Shown piece after piece: positions 16,001-26,611 of a stretch of DNA of 40,928 bases. A program made the translations under genes and the position numbers. Numbering within the stretch: the stretch's first letter is position 1; each line of letters starts with the position of its first letter. Source of the stretch: Anaerolineales bacterium. GTDB taxonomy: Bacteria > Chloroflexota > Anaerolineae > Anaerolineales > DRKV01. The notes under the pieces are model-generated. The model had not been told where the DNA came from, did no database searches, and saw nothing but the letters and a program-made list of their open reading frames with translations. Location of the stretch: the NCBI GenBank assembly GCA_024763355.1, contig JANTFR010000003.1, positions 1 through 40,928 of the forward strand. Reading direction: 5' to 3'.

Positions 16001-17115
16001 TTGATGACCACCGAGTTGCCCAAAAGAACCGCCGCGGCGTTGTTAGGGCCGCCAAAGGTCGTGCCCCCGTCGATGCGGCTCATGTTGAAATCGCGGGCGT
16101 CGTCGTCGGTGTCGGTGCCGTTGGGTACGCGCTGGATGGAGTAATTGCCCAGCCCTTCAGTGTCGGCGACCTCGATGGGGGCCGCGCCGTTAAAGCCGTA
16201 GGCTACCTCGTCCACCAGCACATCGCCGGCATCGTAGAGCATAATCTCGTCGCCTGCATTGCTGAGACCAAGCGTGGTGGCGACGTCCAGGTACGCGCCG
16301 GCGGCGAGCGAGCCACTCAGGTTCTCGGTGCCTTCCCCATCGCTCAGGTACCAGCCGGTCAGGTCCACATCGCTCCCGGTGGGGTTGTACAGTTCAACGT
16401 GTTCCGTGTCCTTGGCCTTGAACTCGTTGATGACGACGTGATCGGCCAGCACCGAAGCGTCCAGCGAGATGCCCTCCACCAGCGAGGGAAAGTGGTAGGC
16501 GTGGGTAAAGGTCTCGCTGCCGGAATTGCCGGCCGGGTTGGGCGTGGGCCAGGAGGCGGTGACGCCGTTGTCGGTCTGGTTCTGGAAAAAGGCCATGACG
16601 TACAGGTTGCCCGTGGGCGAACCCATACTGCTCCAGGGGACGCTCAACTCGGTGGTGGGGTTGCCGCTCCAGCCGACATACTTGCTGCCGGGCCAGGTGG
16701 ACCAATCCCAACTGCTGGTTCCGCTGTTCCAGGAAAGCCAGCCGATGTTCCCATCCGAGTCAACGGCCACGCCATAGTCGGCGGCGAAGGGCAGGGTGTG
16801 GGTGCCGTTCCAGTTCATACTCGTGGTGCTGCCGCCGACGGCGGTGTCCAGGTAGACGAAAAAGACGCCGTCGTCGTCCACGTTGACATTGCCCAGACCG
16901 ATGTAGAGATTGTTTTCGTCCCAGGTGAGGTAGAAGTCGCCACCGTTGTCGGTTTCCATCAGTTCGTCGGTGGCCCATTCGCTTGTGTTGCCGTCTACAG
17001 CAATGGTGTGATAGGCCATTGCACTGACCGTCGTCGCCGTCAGCGCCAGGAGTACCAGGGCTGCCAGCATTGATGCGAGCATTGATGCGAGCATTGATAA
17101 AAGTTTGTGTTTCAT
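13099..17115 (-). CDS. Large secreted multidomain surface protein (DOMON-like, 2x LTD, 2x DUF11-like, OB-fold, CBM48-like, PKD-like)
   Basis: Signal peptide; VVINEF..HVELYNP..VDLTGWYLSD; DMTVTKSGP/DLSVTKTGP; IREIQ..SPYAGQHVWVEGVV; LSGDFNGWS..GTYEYKYVV; PPVADAGSDQTV; YHIYLPLVMR. SD GGAGGT upstream. Confidence 0.88.
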   Translation of the reverse strand: MKHKLLSMLASMLASMLAALVLLALTATTVSAMAYHTIAVDGNTSEWATDELMETDNGGDFYLTWDENNLYIGLGNVNVDDDGVFFVYLDTAVGGSTTSMNWNGTHTLPFAADYGVAVDSDGNIGWLSWNSGTSSWDWSTWPGSKYVGWSGNPTTELSVPWSSMGSPTGNLYVMAFFQNQTDNGVTASWPTPNPAGNSGSETFTHAYHFPSLVEGISLDASVLADHVVINEFKAKDTEHVELYNPTGSDVDLTGWYLSDGEGTENLSGSLAAGAYLDVATTLGLSNAGDEIMLYDAGDVLVDEVAYGFNGAAPIEVADTEGLGNYSIQRVPNGTDTDDDARDFNMSRIDGGTTFGGPNNAAAVLLGNSVVINEVNAYLDADDEVDFDYYELYNPLTATVVMTGWYVTDGGDGLQVFTDTIPAGGWIVYSGTLAIGYNDGLYLWTDEGIRVDQITSDAPGNESGSIQRVCDGQGPNDGYNWSTSGGWSTLFELPTTYGTTNTPGPVDMTVTKSGPASASLGDTITYTVTFSSLNPAPATTYTLTDTLPAEVDYISTDPPGTYDPVAHAVSWSGTLDCGFPSGVVTVTAQITTSVLPGTVITNEVTIDAGGDISPTNNTAVLTTTITGMDLSVTKTGPTGPVWPGDDITYTVDFDFIGTDPALGVILTDTFPADFTYTNHAISPTMNCTPTLTTLVCATPTLTQSGWLVVTGTVATSPTMYVLTNTVEITASNDTVTGNNYAEYAHVLVMPIREIQYVPEPANDDASPYAGQHVWVEGVVIAASDVYPTANNRYFIEDPAGGPWSGLYIYNGGDKPAVQEGDRVLLYGQVLEYNGVTQLSIRDSVGGVQQVISNGNPLPAPEVLTTGVFAPTAAATAEAYESVLIEFQGATVTNDNLGYGEWAFDDGSGEAHADDWSQYLTYTPTNGDLYGFIRGIGNYSYGNYKLVPRYDADIDLDYPLTFVYHDAEDVVQNGEDLYLSGDFNGWSTTATYMTANADASVFSVTVILSDTGTYEYKYVVKSGGDQWDWLNTDNRVVTVTTTATVDDYRNVTVGYAHLMQPSTITISLGNTTEPISGEVYIQNVTNPAGEGRGVWAELGYGTSADPASWTWTPMTFTGNQNGNNDIYTATLTPLAAGVYSYTVRFDGNHGAGNPNAAWEYGDLKGVWPGNPFDVGQTGVLTVTSIVNNPPVADAGSDQTVAPGAVVTLDGSASSDPDGDPLTYRWTQTGGPAVTLSDATVVSPTFTAPSSPAVLTFTLTVTDSLGLPDPTPDEVVVTVEGYHIYLPLVMRQTSASAKHISKGPSLASLKAAENGLPAGKTERWASEMVVMRQWHQAQSAP

Positions 17116-17166
17116 TCGGTCACCTCCTTGTGGGATTGTGGGATGTAAGTGCGGAGATTTGATAGG

Positions 17167-17273
17167 GGCAACGCGGAATTGCGGGGTAAGAGGGGCAGGG
17201 AGATTTTCCCGGGGGGATGTTCATCCGGGGCGGCTCTCGTCGAAATCTCCCTTTACCCCATAAATCTGTGTAG
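17167..17273 (+). mobile_element. ~110-bp MITE/REP-like element, copy 2
   Basis: GGCAACGCGGAATTGCGGGGTAAGAGGGGCAGGGAGATTT...AAATCTCCCTTTACCCCATAAATCTGTGTAG. Confidence 0.75.
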
Positions 17274-17558
17274 AGCCTGTTGTTCTTGGCGTCTTCGCAC
17301 CCCTGCGTTGCTATCCGCAGAATGATGCCGGGGAAGGTGTCCCCTTAATTTTGAACCATGCCGGATATTTTACTCCAAAACCTGAAAGATGGGTCAACGC
17401 GGAAGGCACGCAGAGCGGCAGGGTGGCGTGTTGCCCTCCAATACATCTCTAGTGCTCCCCACGGTGCGAAGAACAAACTTGATAACGACTCTCCCCGATT
17501 GCGGTACAATTCCATTCGTACAGCCATCCAACCATTGCACATTCGGGGAGCGTGTCCC

Positions 17559-18092
17559 ATGAACAAAGGAAATCTCAGTGGAGTCATCTTTCTGGTTGCC
17601 GGTATCGCCATCTTCGTATTGGCCCTCCTGTTTCTCGGCGCGGGCTACGCCACCGGCAAAGTGGAGTTGACCGGCGCCGTCCTGGGCGTCGGCCTGTGCG
17701 GGTTGATGCCGCTCCTCATTCTGGGGGGCGTGGGCGCTTACCTGATGGTCAGCGGCAAACAGGAGGCGGTGCAGTTGCAGGCCGCCCAAAAGCGCGAGCG
17801 CATCCTGGGGATGATTGAAGCCCAGGGGCGCGTCCCCATTGACCGCATCATGGCCGAGATGGGCATGACCCAGGCCGAAGTCAAGACCGCTATCTACGAT
17901 TTGGTCAATCAGGGCCTTTTTACCGGCTACATCAACTGGGACGACATGACCTTCTACTCGGCGGAAGCCTCCAAAGTGGGCAGTACCACCTGTCCCAACT
18001 GCGGCGGCGTCCGGGAGTTCGTCGGCAAAGGCGTAGTCAAGTGCCCCTATTGCGGGGTGGAACTCTACCTGCCTCCCGATGCGGGGAAATGA
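17559..18092 (+). CDS. Hypothetical membrane protein with winged-helix (PCI-like) segment and C-terminal zinc ribbon
   Basis: SD GGGGAG; two TM helices; IYDLVNQGLFTGYINW; CPNCGG...CPYCG. Confidence 0.78.
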   Translation: MNKGNLSGVIFLVAGIAIFVLALLFLGAGYATGKVELTGAVLGVGLCGLMPLLILGGVGAYLMVSGKQEAVQLQAAQKRERILGMIEAQGRVPIDRIMAEMGMTQAEVKTAIYDLVNQGLFTGYINWDDMTFYSAEASKVGSTTCPNCGGVREFVGKGVVKCPYCGVELYLPPDAGK

Positions 18093-18227
18093 AAGTTCGC
18101 AAGTGGGAAGTGTGAAAAGGAGCAGGTTTGCAGATGACCTCGTGTGGGTCAGGGGCGGGAACCGGTCGTAAGATTGTCCTCCGGCATCCCGTCTGACGTA
18201 TTGCGCCAGCCTCCGCTCCAGACTCCC

Positions 18228-18324
18228 CAACCACCCGACCGGGTGACCAGGCGACTACCCGACCACCTGACCACCTGACCACCCGACTACCCGACTATCC
18301 GACTACTTGACCAGGCGACTACCT
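18228..18324 (+). repeat. Degenerate 8-mer tandem repeat (C[C/T]GAC[C/T]A[C/T])
   Basis: cccgacca cctgacca cctgacca cccgacta cccgacta tccgacta cttgacca ggcgacta, ending just before the tal ATG. Confidence 0.85.
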
Positions 18325-18325
18325 C

Positions 18326-21181
18326 ATGAACCCTATTGCCACCCTTACCTCCCTCGGACAATCCATCTGGTACGACAACATCCAGCGCCGCCTGCTGGAA
18401 AACGGCGAATTGGCTGCCATGATACAGCGCGGCGACATCCGCGGCCTGACCTCCAACCCCAGCATCTTCCACAAAGCGATTGCCAACTCCCGCGATTACG
18501 ACCCTGCCCTCGTCCCCATGGCCTGGGCCGGATACGACGCCGCCCGCATCTTCGAGCGCCTGGCCGTGGAAGACATCCGTGCCGCCGCCGACCTCCTGCG
18601 TCCCCTTTACGACGAAACGGAGGGGGCCGACGGCTACGTCAGTTTGGAAGTCAGCCCCGACCTGGCCTACGATACCGCCGGGACGCTGGCCGACGCCCGC
18701 CGTTTGTGGCAACTGGTGGACCGTCCCAACCTGATGATAAAAATCCCTGCCACCGAAGCCGGCCTGCCCGCCATCCGCGACGCCATTGCGGAGGGCATCA
18801 ACGTCAACGTCACCCTCATCTTCTCCGTCGAACGCTACGAAGCCGTCATAGACGCCTACCTCACCGGCCTCGAATCCCTCCTTAAAATCACCCCTCCCCT
18901 CTCGGGGGAGGGGCCGGGGGTGGGGGCATCCCCCTCTCCCTTTGGGGGAGGGGCCAGGGGTGAGGGCAAAACCATCCAATCCATCGCCTCCGTAGCCTCC
19001 TTCTTCGTCTCCCGCCTGGATACCAAAGCCGACGCCCGTTTGGAAGAAATCATCGCTGCGGGCGGCCCTCAGGCCGAAATTGCCCGCGCTCTTCTCGGAA
19101 AAATCGCCATAGCCAACGCCAAAGAAGCCTACGCCCGCTTCAAGCGCGTCTTCAGCAGTGAGCGCTTCCGCCGCTTGGAGGCGCTTGGGGCGCGTCCCCA
19201 GCGGCCTTTGTGGGCTTCCACCAGCACCAAGAACCCTGCCTACCCCGACACCATCTACGTGGATTCTCTCATCGGCCCGCACACCGTCAACACCGTTCCG
19301 CCCAAGACCCTGGCGGCCTTCAAAGACCACGGCAAGGCCGCTCCCACCCTGGAGGCCGACCTTGACGAAGCCCGCCGTCACCTGGCCGCTCTCGACTCCC
19401 TGGGCATCTCCCTGGCAGAACTCACCCGCGAACTGGAAGAAGAAGGCGTCGCCGCCTTTGCCAAAGCCTTCCGGGAGATGATGAAAACGATTGAAGAACG
19501 GCGGCAAGCCGCCCGGAACCAACTCGGCCCCCTGGCTGCTTCCGTTGCCCGCAGAGTGGCGGCCCTTGAAGAGATTGCCCTCCCCTCCCGCCTTTGGAAG
19601 CACGACCCCTCCCTGTGGACGGATGAGCGCCAGGGCGCCGCCGAAATCCGCATCCGCCTCGGCTGGCTGGATGCCCCCCAAAAGAGCCGTCCCCTTTTAG
19701 AATCTCTCGCCGCCCTGCGCCAATCCATCCGGAAAGACGGCATCCGCCGCATCCTTCTCCTCGGCATGGGCGGCTCCTCCCTGGCCCCTGAAGTGATTGC
19801 CTCTATCCTTCTCCCCTCCCCCCTCGGGGGAGGGGCCGGGGGTGGGGGTCTCTCCTTCGCCATCCTCGATTCCACCCACCCCGACCAGGTGCGCGCCGCC
19901 GCTCGCGCTTTCCCGCCGAACGAGAGCCTCTACATCGTTGCCAGCAAATCGGGAACTACCGCCGAGCCGCTGGCTTTCCTCGACTACTTCTGGGAACTGA
20001 CCGGCGGGGATGGCAGCCGTTTCGTGGCCATCACCGACCCCGGTTCGCACCTGGAGGCCCTCGGGCGGGAGCGGGGATTCCGCGCCGTCATCCTGGCCGA
20101 CTCCAATGTGGGCGGGCGCTACTCCGCCCTGACCGCCTTCGGCCTGACCCCGGCTGCCCTGATGGGGGCCGACCCCGCCGCTCTGCTGGACCGCGCTGCC
20201 CGGATGCGGGCGCAATGCCTCCCCGAAGTCCCTGCCGGACGCAATCCCGGCCTGGTGCTGGGGGCCGTGCTGGGGCAGGCCGCCCTGCGCGGCCGTGACA
20301 AATTGACCGTCTTTGCGGACGACTCCCTGCGCGCCTTTGGCGCCTGGCTGGAACAACTCATCGCCGAAAGCAGCGGCAAGCGCGGCCTCGGCATCGTGCC
20401 GGTGGATGGTGAACCCCCCGCCGACCCCGCCCTCTACGGCGAAGACCGCCTCTTCGTCTATCTGCGCCGCGACGGCTCGCACGACGTTGCCCTGGATGCC
20501 CTGCGCGCCGCTGGACACCCTACTCTCGTGCTGGATTTCCCGGATGCCTATCACCTGGGCGCCGAGTTCTACCGCTGGGAGGTCGCCACCGCCGTGGCCT
20601 GCGCCATCCTGGGCGTGAATGCCTTTGACCAGCCCGATGTGCAGGACGCCAAAACGCGCGCCAAAAATGCCATCGCCGCTTACCGGCAGCGGGGCGCGTT
20701 CGACGAGGGCGCGCCCGTCTGGGAAAACGAATCCGCTGCCGTGTACGGCGAAATCCCTGCCAGGGCGGGTTCCCTGGGTGAAATCGTGGATGCCTTCCTG
20801 GCGCAGGGGAAGGCGGGCGACTACGTGGCGCTGAACGCCTTCCTGCCGCGCACCCCGGAGTGGCAGGCGCGCCTCACCGAAGTGCGCATAGCCATTTGGG
20901 AGCGCACTCGCCTTGCCACCACCCTGGGCTTCGGGCCGCGCTTCCTGCACTCCACCGGGCAACTGCACAAAGGCGGTGCGAACAACGGCCTTTTCCTGGT
21001 CTTCACCGATGACCCGCAGGAGGACGTCGAAATCCCCGGTCAGGGATTGACCTTTGGAGCCTTACTGCGCGGCCAGGCTTTGGGCGATATCGAAGCCCTC
21101 CGCTCCCGCGTCCGCCGCGTCCTGCGTATCCACCTCCGCATCCCCGATGCCTTGCGAGAGATAGCGGCAGACGATGGATGA
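18326..21181 (+). CDS. tal-pgi: Bifunctional transaldolase / glucose-6-phosphate isomerase
   Basis: GQSIWYDNI, GLTSNPSIF, IKIPAT, NVTLIFS, ASFFVSRLD, QRPLWASTSTKNP; LGMGGSSL, ASKSGTT, VGGRYSALT, EQLIAESSGK, FDQPDV, HSTGQLHKGG. Confidence 0.96.
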   Translation: MNPIATLTSLGQSIWYDNIQRRLLENGELAAMIQRGDIRGLTSNPSIFHKAIANSRDYDPALVPMAWAGYDAARIFERLAVEDIRAAADLLRPLYDETEGADGYVSLEVSPDLAYDTAGTLADARRLWQLVDRPNLMIKIPATEAGLPAIRDAIAEGINVNVTLIFSVERYEAVIDAYLTGLESLLKITPPLSGEGPGVGASPSPFGGGARGEGKTIQSIASVASFFVSRLDTKADARLEEIIAAGGPQAEIARALLGKIAIANAKEAYARFKRVFSSERFRRLEALGARPQRPLWASTSTKNPAYPDTIYVDSLIGPHTVNTVPPKTLAAFKDHGKAAPTLEADLDEARRHLAALDSLGISLAELTRELEEEGVAAFAKAFREMMKTIEERRQAARNQLGPLAASVARRVAALEEIALPSRLWKHDPSLWTDERQGAAEIRIRLGWLDAPQKSRPLLESLAALRQSIRKDGIRRILLLGMGGSSLAPEVIASILLPSPLGGGAGGGGLSFAILDSTHPDQVRAAARAFPPNESLYIVASKSGTTAEPLAFLDYFWELTGGDGSRFVAITDPGSHLEALGRERGFRAVILADSNVGGRYSALTAFGLTPAALMGADPAALLDRAARMRAQCLPEVPAGRNPGLVLGAVLGQAALRGRDKLTVFADDSLRAFGAWLEQLIAESSGKRGLGIVPVDGEPPADPALYGEDRLFVYLRRDGSHDVALDALRAAGHPTLVLDFPDAYHLGAEFYRWEVATAVACAILGVNAFDQPDVQDAKTRAKNAIAAYRQRGAFDEGAPVWENESAAVYGEIPARAGSLGEIVDAFLAQGKAGDYVALNAFLPRTPEWQARLTEVRIAIWERTRLATTLGFGPRFLHSTGQLHKGGANNGLFLVFTDDPQEDVEIPGQGLTFGALLRGQALGDIEALRSRVRRVLRIHLRIPDALREIAADDG
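18891..18966 (+). repeat. Two tandem GC-rich palindromic units translated in frame within tal
   Basis: CCCCTCCCCTCTCGGGGGAGGGGCCGGGGGTGGGGG followed by CCCCCTCTCCCTTTGGGGGAGGGGCCAGGGGTGAGGG. Confidence 0.85.
19811..19848 (+). repeat. Third copy of the GC-rich palindromic unit, in frame within the pgi domain
   Basis: CTCCCCTCCCCCCTCGGGGGAGGGGCCGGGGGTGGGGG encoding LPSPLGGGAGGGG. Confidence 0.85.
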
Positions 21182-21280
21182 TAGACCGTGGACAGTGGGT
21201 CGTAGACCGTGCGGCGTGCGGATAGCAGACCACAGACGACAGACCACGGACGACAGACCGCAGACCGCAGACCGCAGACT
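21182..21280 (+). repeat. Degenerate 7-mer tandem repeat (CAGACCG-like)
   Basis: cagacca cagacga cagacca cggacga cagaccg cagaccg cagaccg cagacta. Confidence 0.85.
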
Positions 21281-21300
21281 ACCCGACTAACTAACCGACC

Positions 21301-21408
21301 AGACCAATTTGACCAATCAGACCAATTTGACCAACCAGACCAATTTGACCAATCAGACCAATTTGACCAACCAGACTAATTTGACCAATCAGACTAATCA
21401 GACCAACG
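21301..21408 (+). repeat. 9-mer tandem array ([A/T]GAC[C/T]AAnn x12) with 18/36-bp higher-order period
   Basis: AGACCAATTTGACCAATCAGACCAATTTGACCAACC occurs twice exactly (21301-21372), followed by degenerate units. Confidence 0.92.
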
Positions 21409-21414
21409 CAACCA

Positions 21415-22281
21415 ATGAACCGACCAACCAATGAATCAAAAATTGCCTTCATCGGCCCCGGCGTGATGGCCGAGGCGATGATAAAGGGCCTTCTGGCGCA
21501 GCAAGTCTTCCCCCCCGAAGCCATACTTGCCGCCGGGCCGCGGCGCGAGCGCCTGGAGAAATTGCAGCAGCGCTACCAGATTGCCGGATACACGGATAAC
21601 GCCCTGGCGGCCCGCCTCGCCGATGCGGTTATCCTGTCCATCAAACCGCAGCGCCTGGACGAGGTGCTGCACGACCTGCGCGGTGTGCTGCGCCCCTCGG
21701 CGCTGGTGCTTTCCATCGTGGCCGGGGCGCGCATCGAGAAAATTGCCTCCGGGCTGGGACACGACATCATCGTGCGCGCCATGCCCAATACGCCGGCCCA
21801 AATCGGCGAGGGCATCACCGTATGGACGGATTCCCCCGCGGTGGACGAATCGCAACGCGAAGCGGCGGCCCGCATCCTGGGGGCCTTTGGCGAGCAGATT
21901 TACATGGAAGACGAGGACTACCTCGATATGGCGACGGCGCTCTCCGGCACCGGGCCGGCCTACGTCTTCCTGTTCATGGAGGCTCTCGTGGATGCCGGGG
22001 TGCACATGGGTTTTCCCCGCCGGGTGGCCGAAAAACTGGTTGCCCAAACCCTGCGCGGCTCGGTAGATTACTACCTCCGGCACATGGATAACGGCAGCAC
22101 CTTGCACCTGGCGCACCTGCGTAACCAGGTTACCTCACCGGCGGGCACTTCGGCGGCTGCGCTCTACTACCTGGAGAAAGCCGGTTTCCGCACCGCCCTC
22201 TCGCGGGCCGTGTGGGCGGCCTACGAACGCTCGCGGGATTTGGGCCGCGGCCGCAAAACCCACGACCCGGAAGCATCATAG
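21415..22281 (+). CDS. proC: Pyrroline-5-carboxylate reductase
   Basis: IAFIGPGVMAEA, SIKPQ, VRAMPNTP, TALSGTGPAY, VTSPAGTS. Confidence 0.95.
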   Translation: MNRPTNESKIAFIGPGVMAEAMIKGLLAQQVFPPEAILAAGPRRERLEKLQQRYQIAGYTDNALAARLADAVILSIKPQRLDEVLHDLRGVLRPSALVLSIVAGARIEKIASGLGHDIIVRAMPNTPAQIGEGITVWTDSPAVDESQREAAARILGAFGEQIYMEDEDYLDMATALSGTGPAYVFLFMEALVDAGVHMGFPRRVAEKLVAQTLRGSVDYYLRHMDNGSTLHLAHLRNQVTSPAGTSAAALYYLEKAGFRTALSRAVWAAYERSRDLGRGRKTHDPEAS

Positions 22282-22319
22282 CAAACAGGTGACTGCAAGT
22301 CCCTCGCCCGCCGGCGGCT

Positions 22320-22337
22320 TTGTGAATAACTGGACAA
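22320..22337 (+). promoter_or_regulatory. Putative Rex operator
   Basis: TTGTGAA-TAAC-TGGACAA versus consensus TTGTGAA-n4-TTCACAA (2 mismatches); overlaps the -35. Confidence 0.6.
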
Positions 22338-22359
22338 TTAAGCCTCTTTCAGGTATCAT
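22331..22359 (+). promoter_or_regulatory. Promoter upstream of atpA
   Basis: TGGACA-17 bp-TATCAT. Confidence 0.6.
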
Positions 22360-22397
22360 TTGGCTTGGCTTGTGGACAGCGGCCCCGAAGGTATGGC

Positions 22398-22514
22398 ATG
22401 AATGTAGAGATACTACTGAAGACCCTCACCGAAACACATAGCATTTCCGGTAGTGAGGCGCCCGTTCGGGCGCTTATGCGCGCTTATCACCAAAACATGG
22501 GGGAATTCGCTTGA
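22398..22514 (+). pseudogene. 38-aa ORF resembling the N-terminus of an M42/M20-type aminopeptidase
   Basis: MNVEILLKTLTETHSISGSEAPVRALMRAYHQNMGEFA*; resembles the LKxLTExxGxSGxExxVR start of M42 peptidases. Confidence 0.55.
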
Positions 22515-22559
22515 GGCCTCAACTTATTACGCAAAGACACAAGGATACGCGGAGGAACG

Positions 22560-24221
22560 ATGTCTGATTTCATCCAACAACTTACCAACGATTTGCAGCA
22601 GCAGATTGAGCAGTTCCAGCCGGAGACCAAAGTGCGGGATGTCGGCACGGTCACCGAGGCGGGCGACGGGATTGCCCGCGCGCGCGGCCTAGCCGATGTG
22701 CGCGCCCAGGAACTGGTGGAATTCGCCAACGGGGTGCAAGGGATTGCCTTCAACCTGGAAGCGGAAAGCGTCGGCATCATCGTGCTGGGCGATTATGCCG
22801 GCATCGAAGAGGGGATGCAGGTGCGTTCCACCGGACGTATCGCCTCCGTCCCCGTGGGCGACGGCATGATTGGGCGCGTCGTCAATGCCCTGGGTGAGCC
22901 GATTGACGGCAAAGGCCCCATCAAATTCGACCGCTACCGCCCCATCGAGCGCATCGCCCCCGGCGTGGTGGCCCGCCAGGACGTGGATACCCCCGTCCAG
23001 ACCGGTATCAAGGCCATCGATGCCATGATTCCGATTGGCCGCGGCCAGCGCGAGTTGATTATCGGCGACCGCCAGACCGGCAAAACCGCCCTGGCGATTG
23101 ATACCATCATCAACCAGAAGGGGAAAGACCTGCTCTGCATTTACGTTGCCATCGGCCAGAAGAAGGCCGCCGTAGCCCGCACGGTCGCCATTCTGGAGAA
23201 ATTCGGGGCGATGGATTACACCACCGTGGTGTTGGCCTCCGCTGACGACCCCGCCGCCATGCAGTACATCGCTCCCTATGCCGGGTGCGCCATCGGCGAA
23301 GAATTCATGGAGAGCGGACGCGACGCCCTGGTGGTTTACGATGACCTTTCCAAGCACGCCTGGGCGTACCGCCAGGTATCCCTCCTCCTGCGCCGCCCTC
23401 CCGGACGCGAGGCCTACCCTGGTGACCTGTTCTACCTGCACTCCCGCTTGCTGGAGCGCGCCGCCCGCCTGGCCGACCAGTACGTCATCGTGCCTGCTGA
23501 TTACGCCGGCGATTTGGCGGAAGCCTCCGAGGGGGTGGACGGCAAAGTCTATGGCGGGCCCCTCTCCAAACACGATGCGGAACAGGCTCTCAAAGGCATG
23601 GAAAACCCCGAAGGGTATAAAATCCTGAAGGTGCGCGGTTCCGGCGGTTCCCTTACCGCGTTGCCCATTATCGAAACCCTTCTGGGCGATGTCTCCGCTT
23701 ACGTCCCCACCAATGTGATTTCCATCACCGACGGGCAGATTTATCTGGAAACCAACCTGTTCTACGCCGGTATTCGCCCGGCTATCAACGCCGGTCTCTC
23801 CGTCTCCCGCGTCGGCGGTGACGCCCAGACCAAAGCCATGAAGCAGGTGGCCGGACGTCTGCGCCTGGAAATGGCCGCCTTCCGCGAACTGGCCGCTTTC
23901 GCCCAGTTCGGCTCCGACCTGGACAAGGCGACCCAGGCGCAATTGAACCGCGGTTTGCGGCTGCGCGAAATCCTCAAGCAGCCCCAGTACTCCCCCGTGC
24001 CGTTGGAGCATCAGGTGGAGGTTATCTTTGCCGCCATCAACGGCTTTGCTGATGACGTGCCCGTGGAGCGCATTTCCGAGTGGGAGGCTGCCCTGACCCG
24101 CTATCTGGATACCGCCCACCCCGAAATTGGCAAGCAAATCGTGGAAAAGAAGCGCCTCTCGGACGAGTTGCAAGAGGCGATGCGGAAGGCGATTGCGGAA
24201 TTCAACGCCGCCTGGCAGTAG
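22560..24221 (+). CDS. atpA: F1 ATP synthase subunit alpha
   Basis: [40 protein letters not shown]; SD GGAGG. Confidence 0.98.
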   Translation: MSDFIQQLTNDLQQQIEQFQPETKVRDVGTVTEAGDGIARARGLADVRAQELVEFANGVQGIAFNLEAESVGIIVLGDYAGIEEGMQVRSTGRIASVPVGDGMIGRVVNALGEPIDGKGPIKFDRYRPIERIAPGVVARQDVDTPVQTGIKAIDAMIPIGRGQRELIIGDRQTGKTALAIDTIINQKGKDLLCIYVAIGQKKAAVARTVAILEKFGAMDYTTVVLASADDPAAMQYIAPYAGCAIGEEFMESGRDALVVYDDLSKHAWAYRQVSLLLRRPPGREAYPGDLFYLHSRLLERAARLADQYVIVPADYAGDLAEASEGVDGKVYGGPLSKHDAEQALKGMENPEGYKILKVRGSGGSLTALPIIETLLGDVSAYVPTNVISITDGQIYLETNLFYAGIRPAINAGLSVSRVGGDAQTKAMKQVAGRLRLEMAAFRELAAFAQFGSDLDKATQAQLNRGLRLREILKQPQYSPVPLEHQVEVIFAAINGFADDVPVERISEWEAALTRYLDTAHPEIGKQIVEKKRLSDELQEAMRKAIAEFNAAWQ

Positions 24222-24273
24222 GCATTCCCGCTGTGCCTGAGGCGCAGCGTTTACCACAAGGCAGGCAGGAAGT

Positions 24274-26596
<2,323 letters not shown>

Positions 26597-26611
26597 AGGA
26601 AAGGGAACGGC

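Noticed and set aside
12808-17273. Integrative island at tRNA-Met
   Set aside because: No integrase and no duplicated tRNA 3' end found in the window; only the small repeat elements flank the gene.
17358-17558. N-terminal extension of the zinc-ribbon membrane protein in the ORF track
   Set aside because: An SD and a TACAAT box support ATG 17559; the extension reads like intergenic sequence.
21301-21408. Possible CRISPR array (36-bp periodicity)
   Set aside because: Units are contiguous with no unique spacers, and no cas genes are in the window; it is a tandem 9-mer array.
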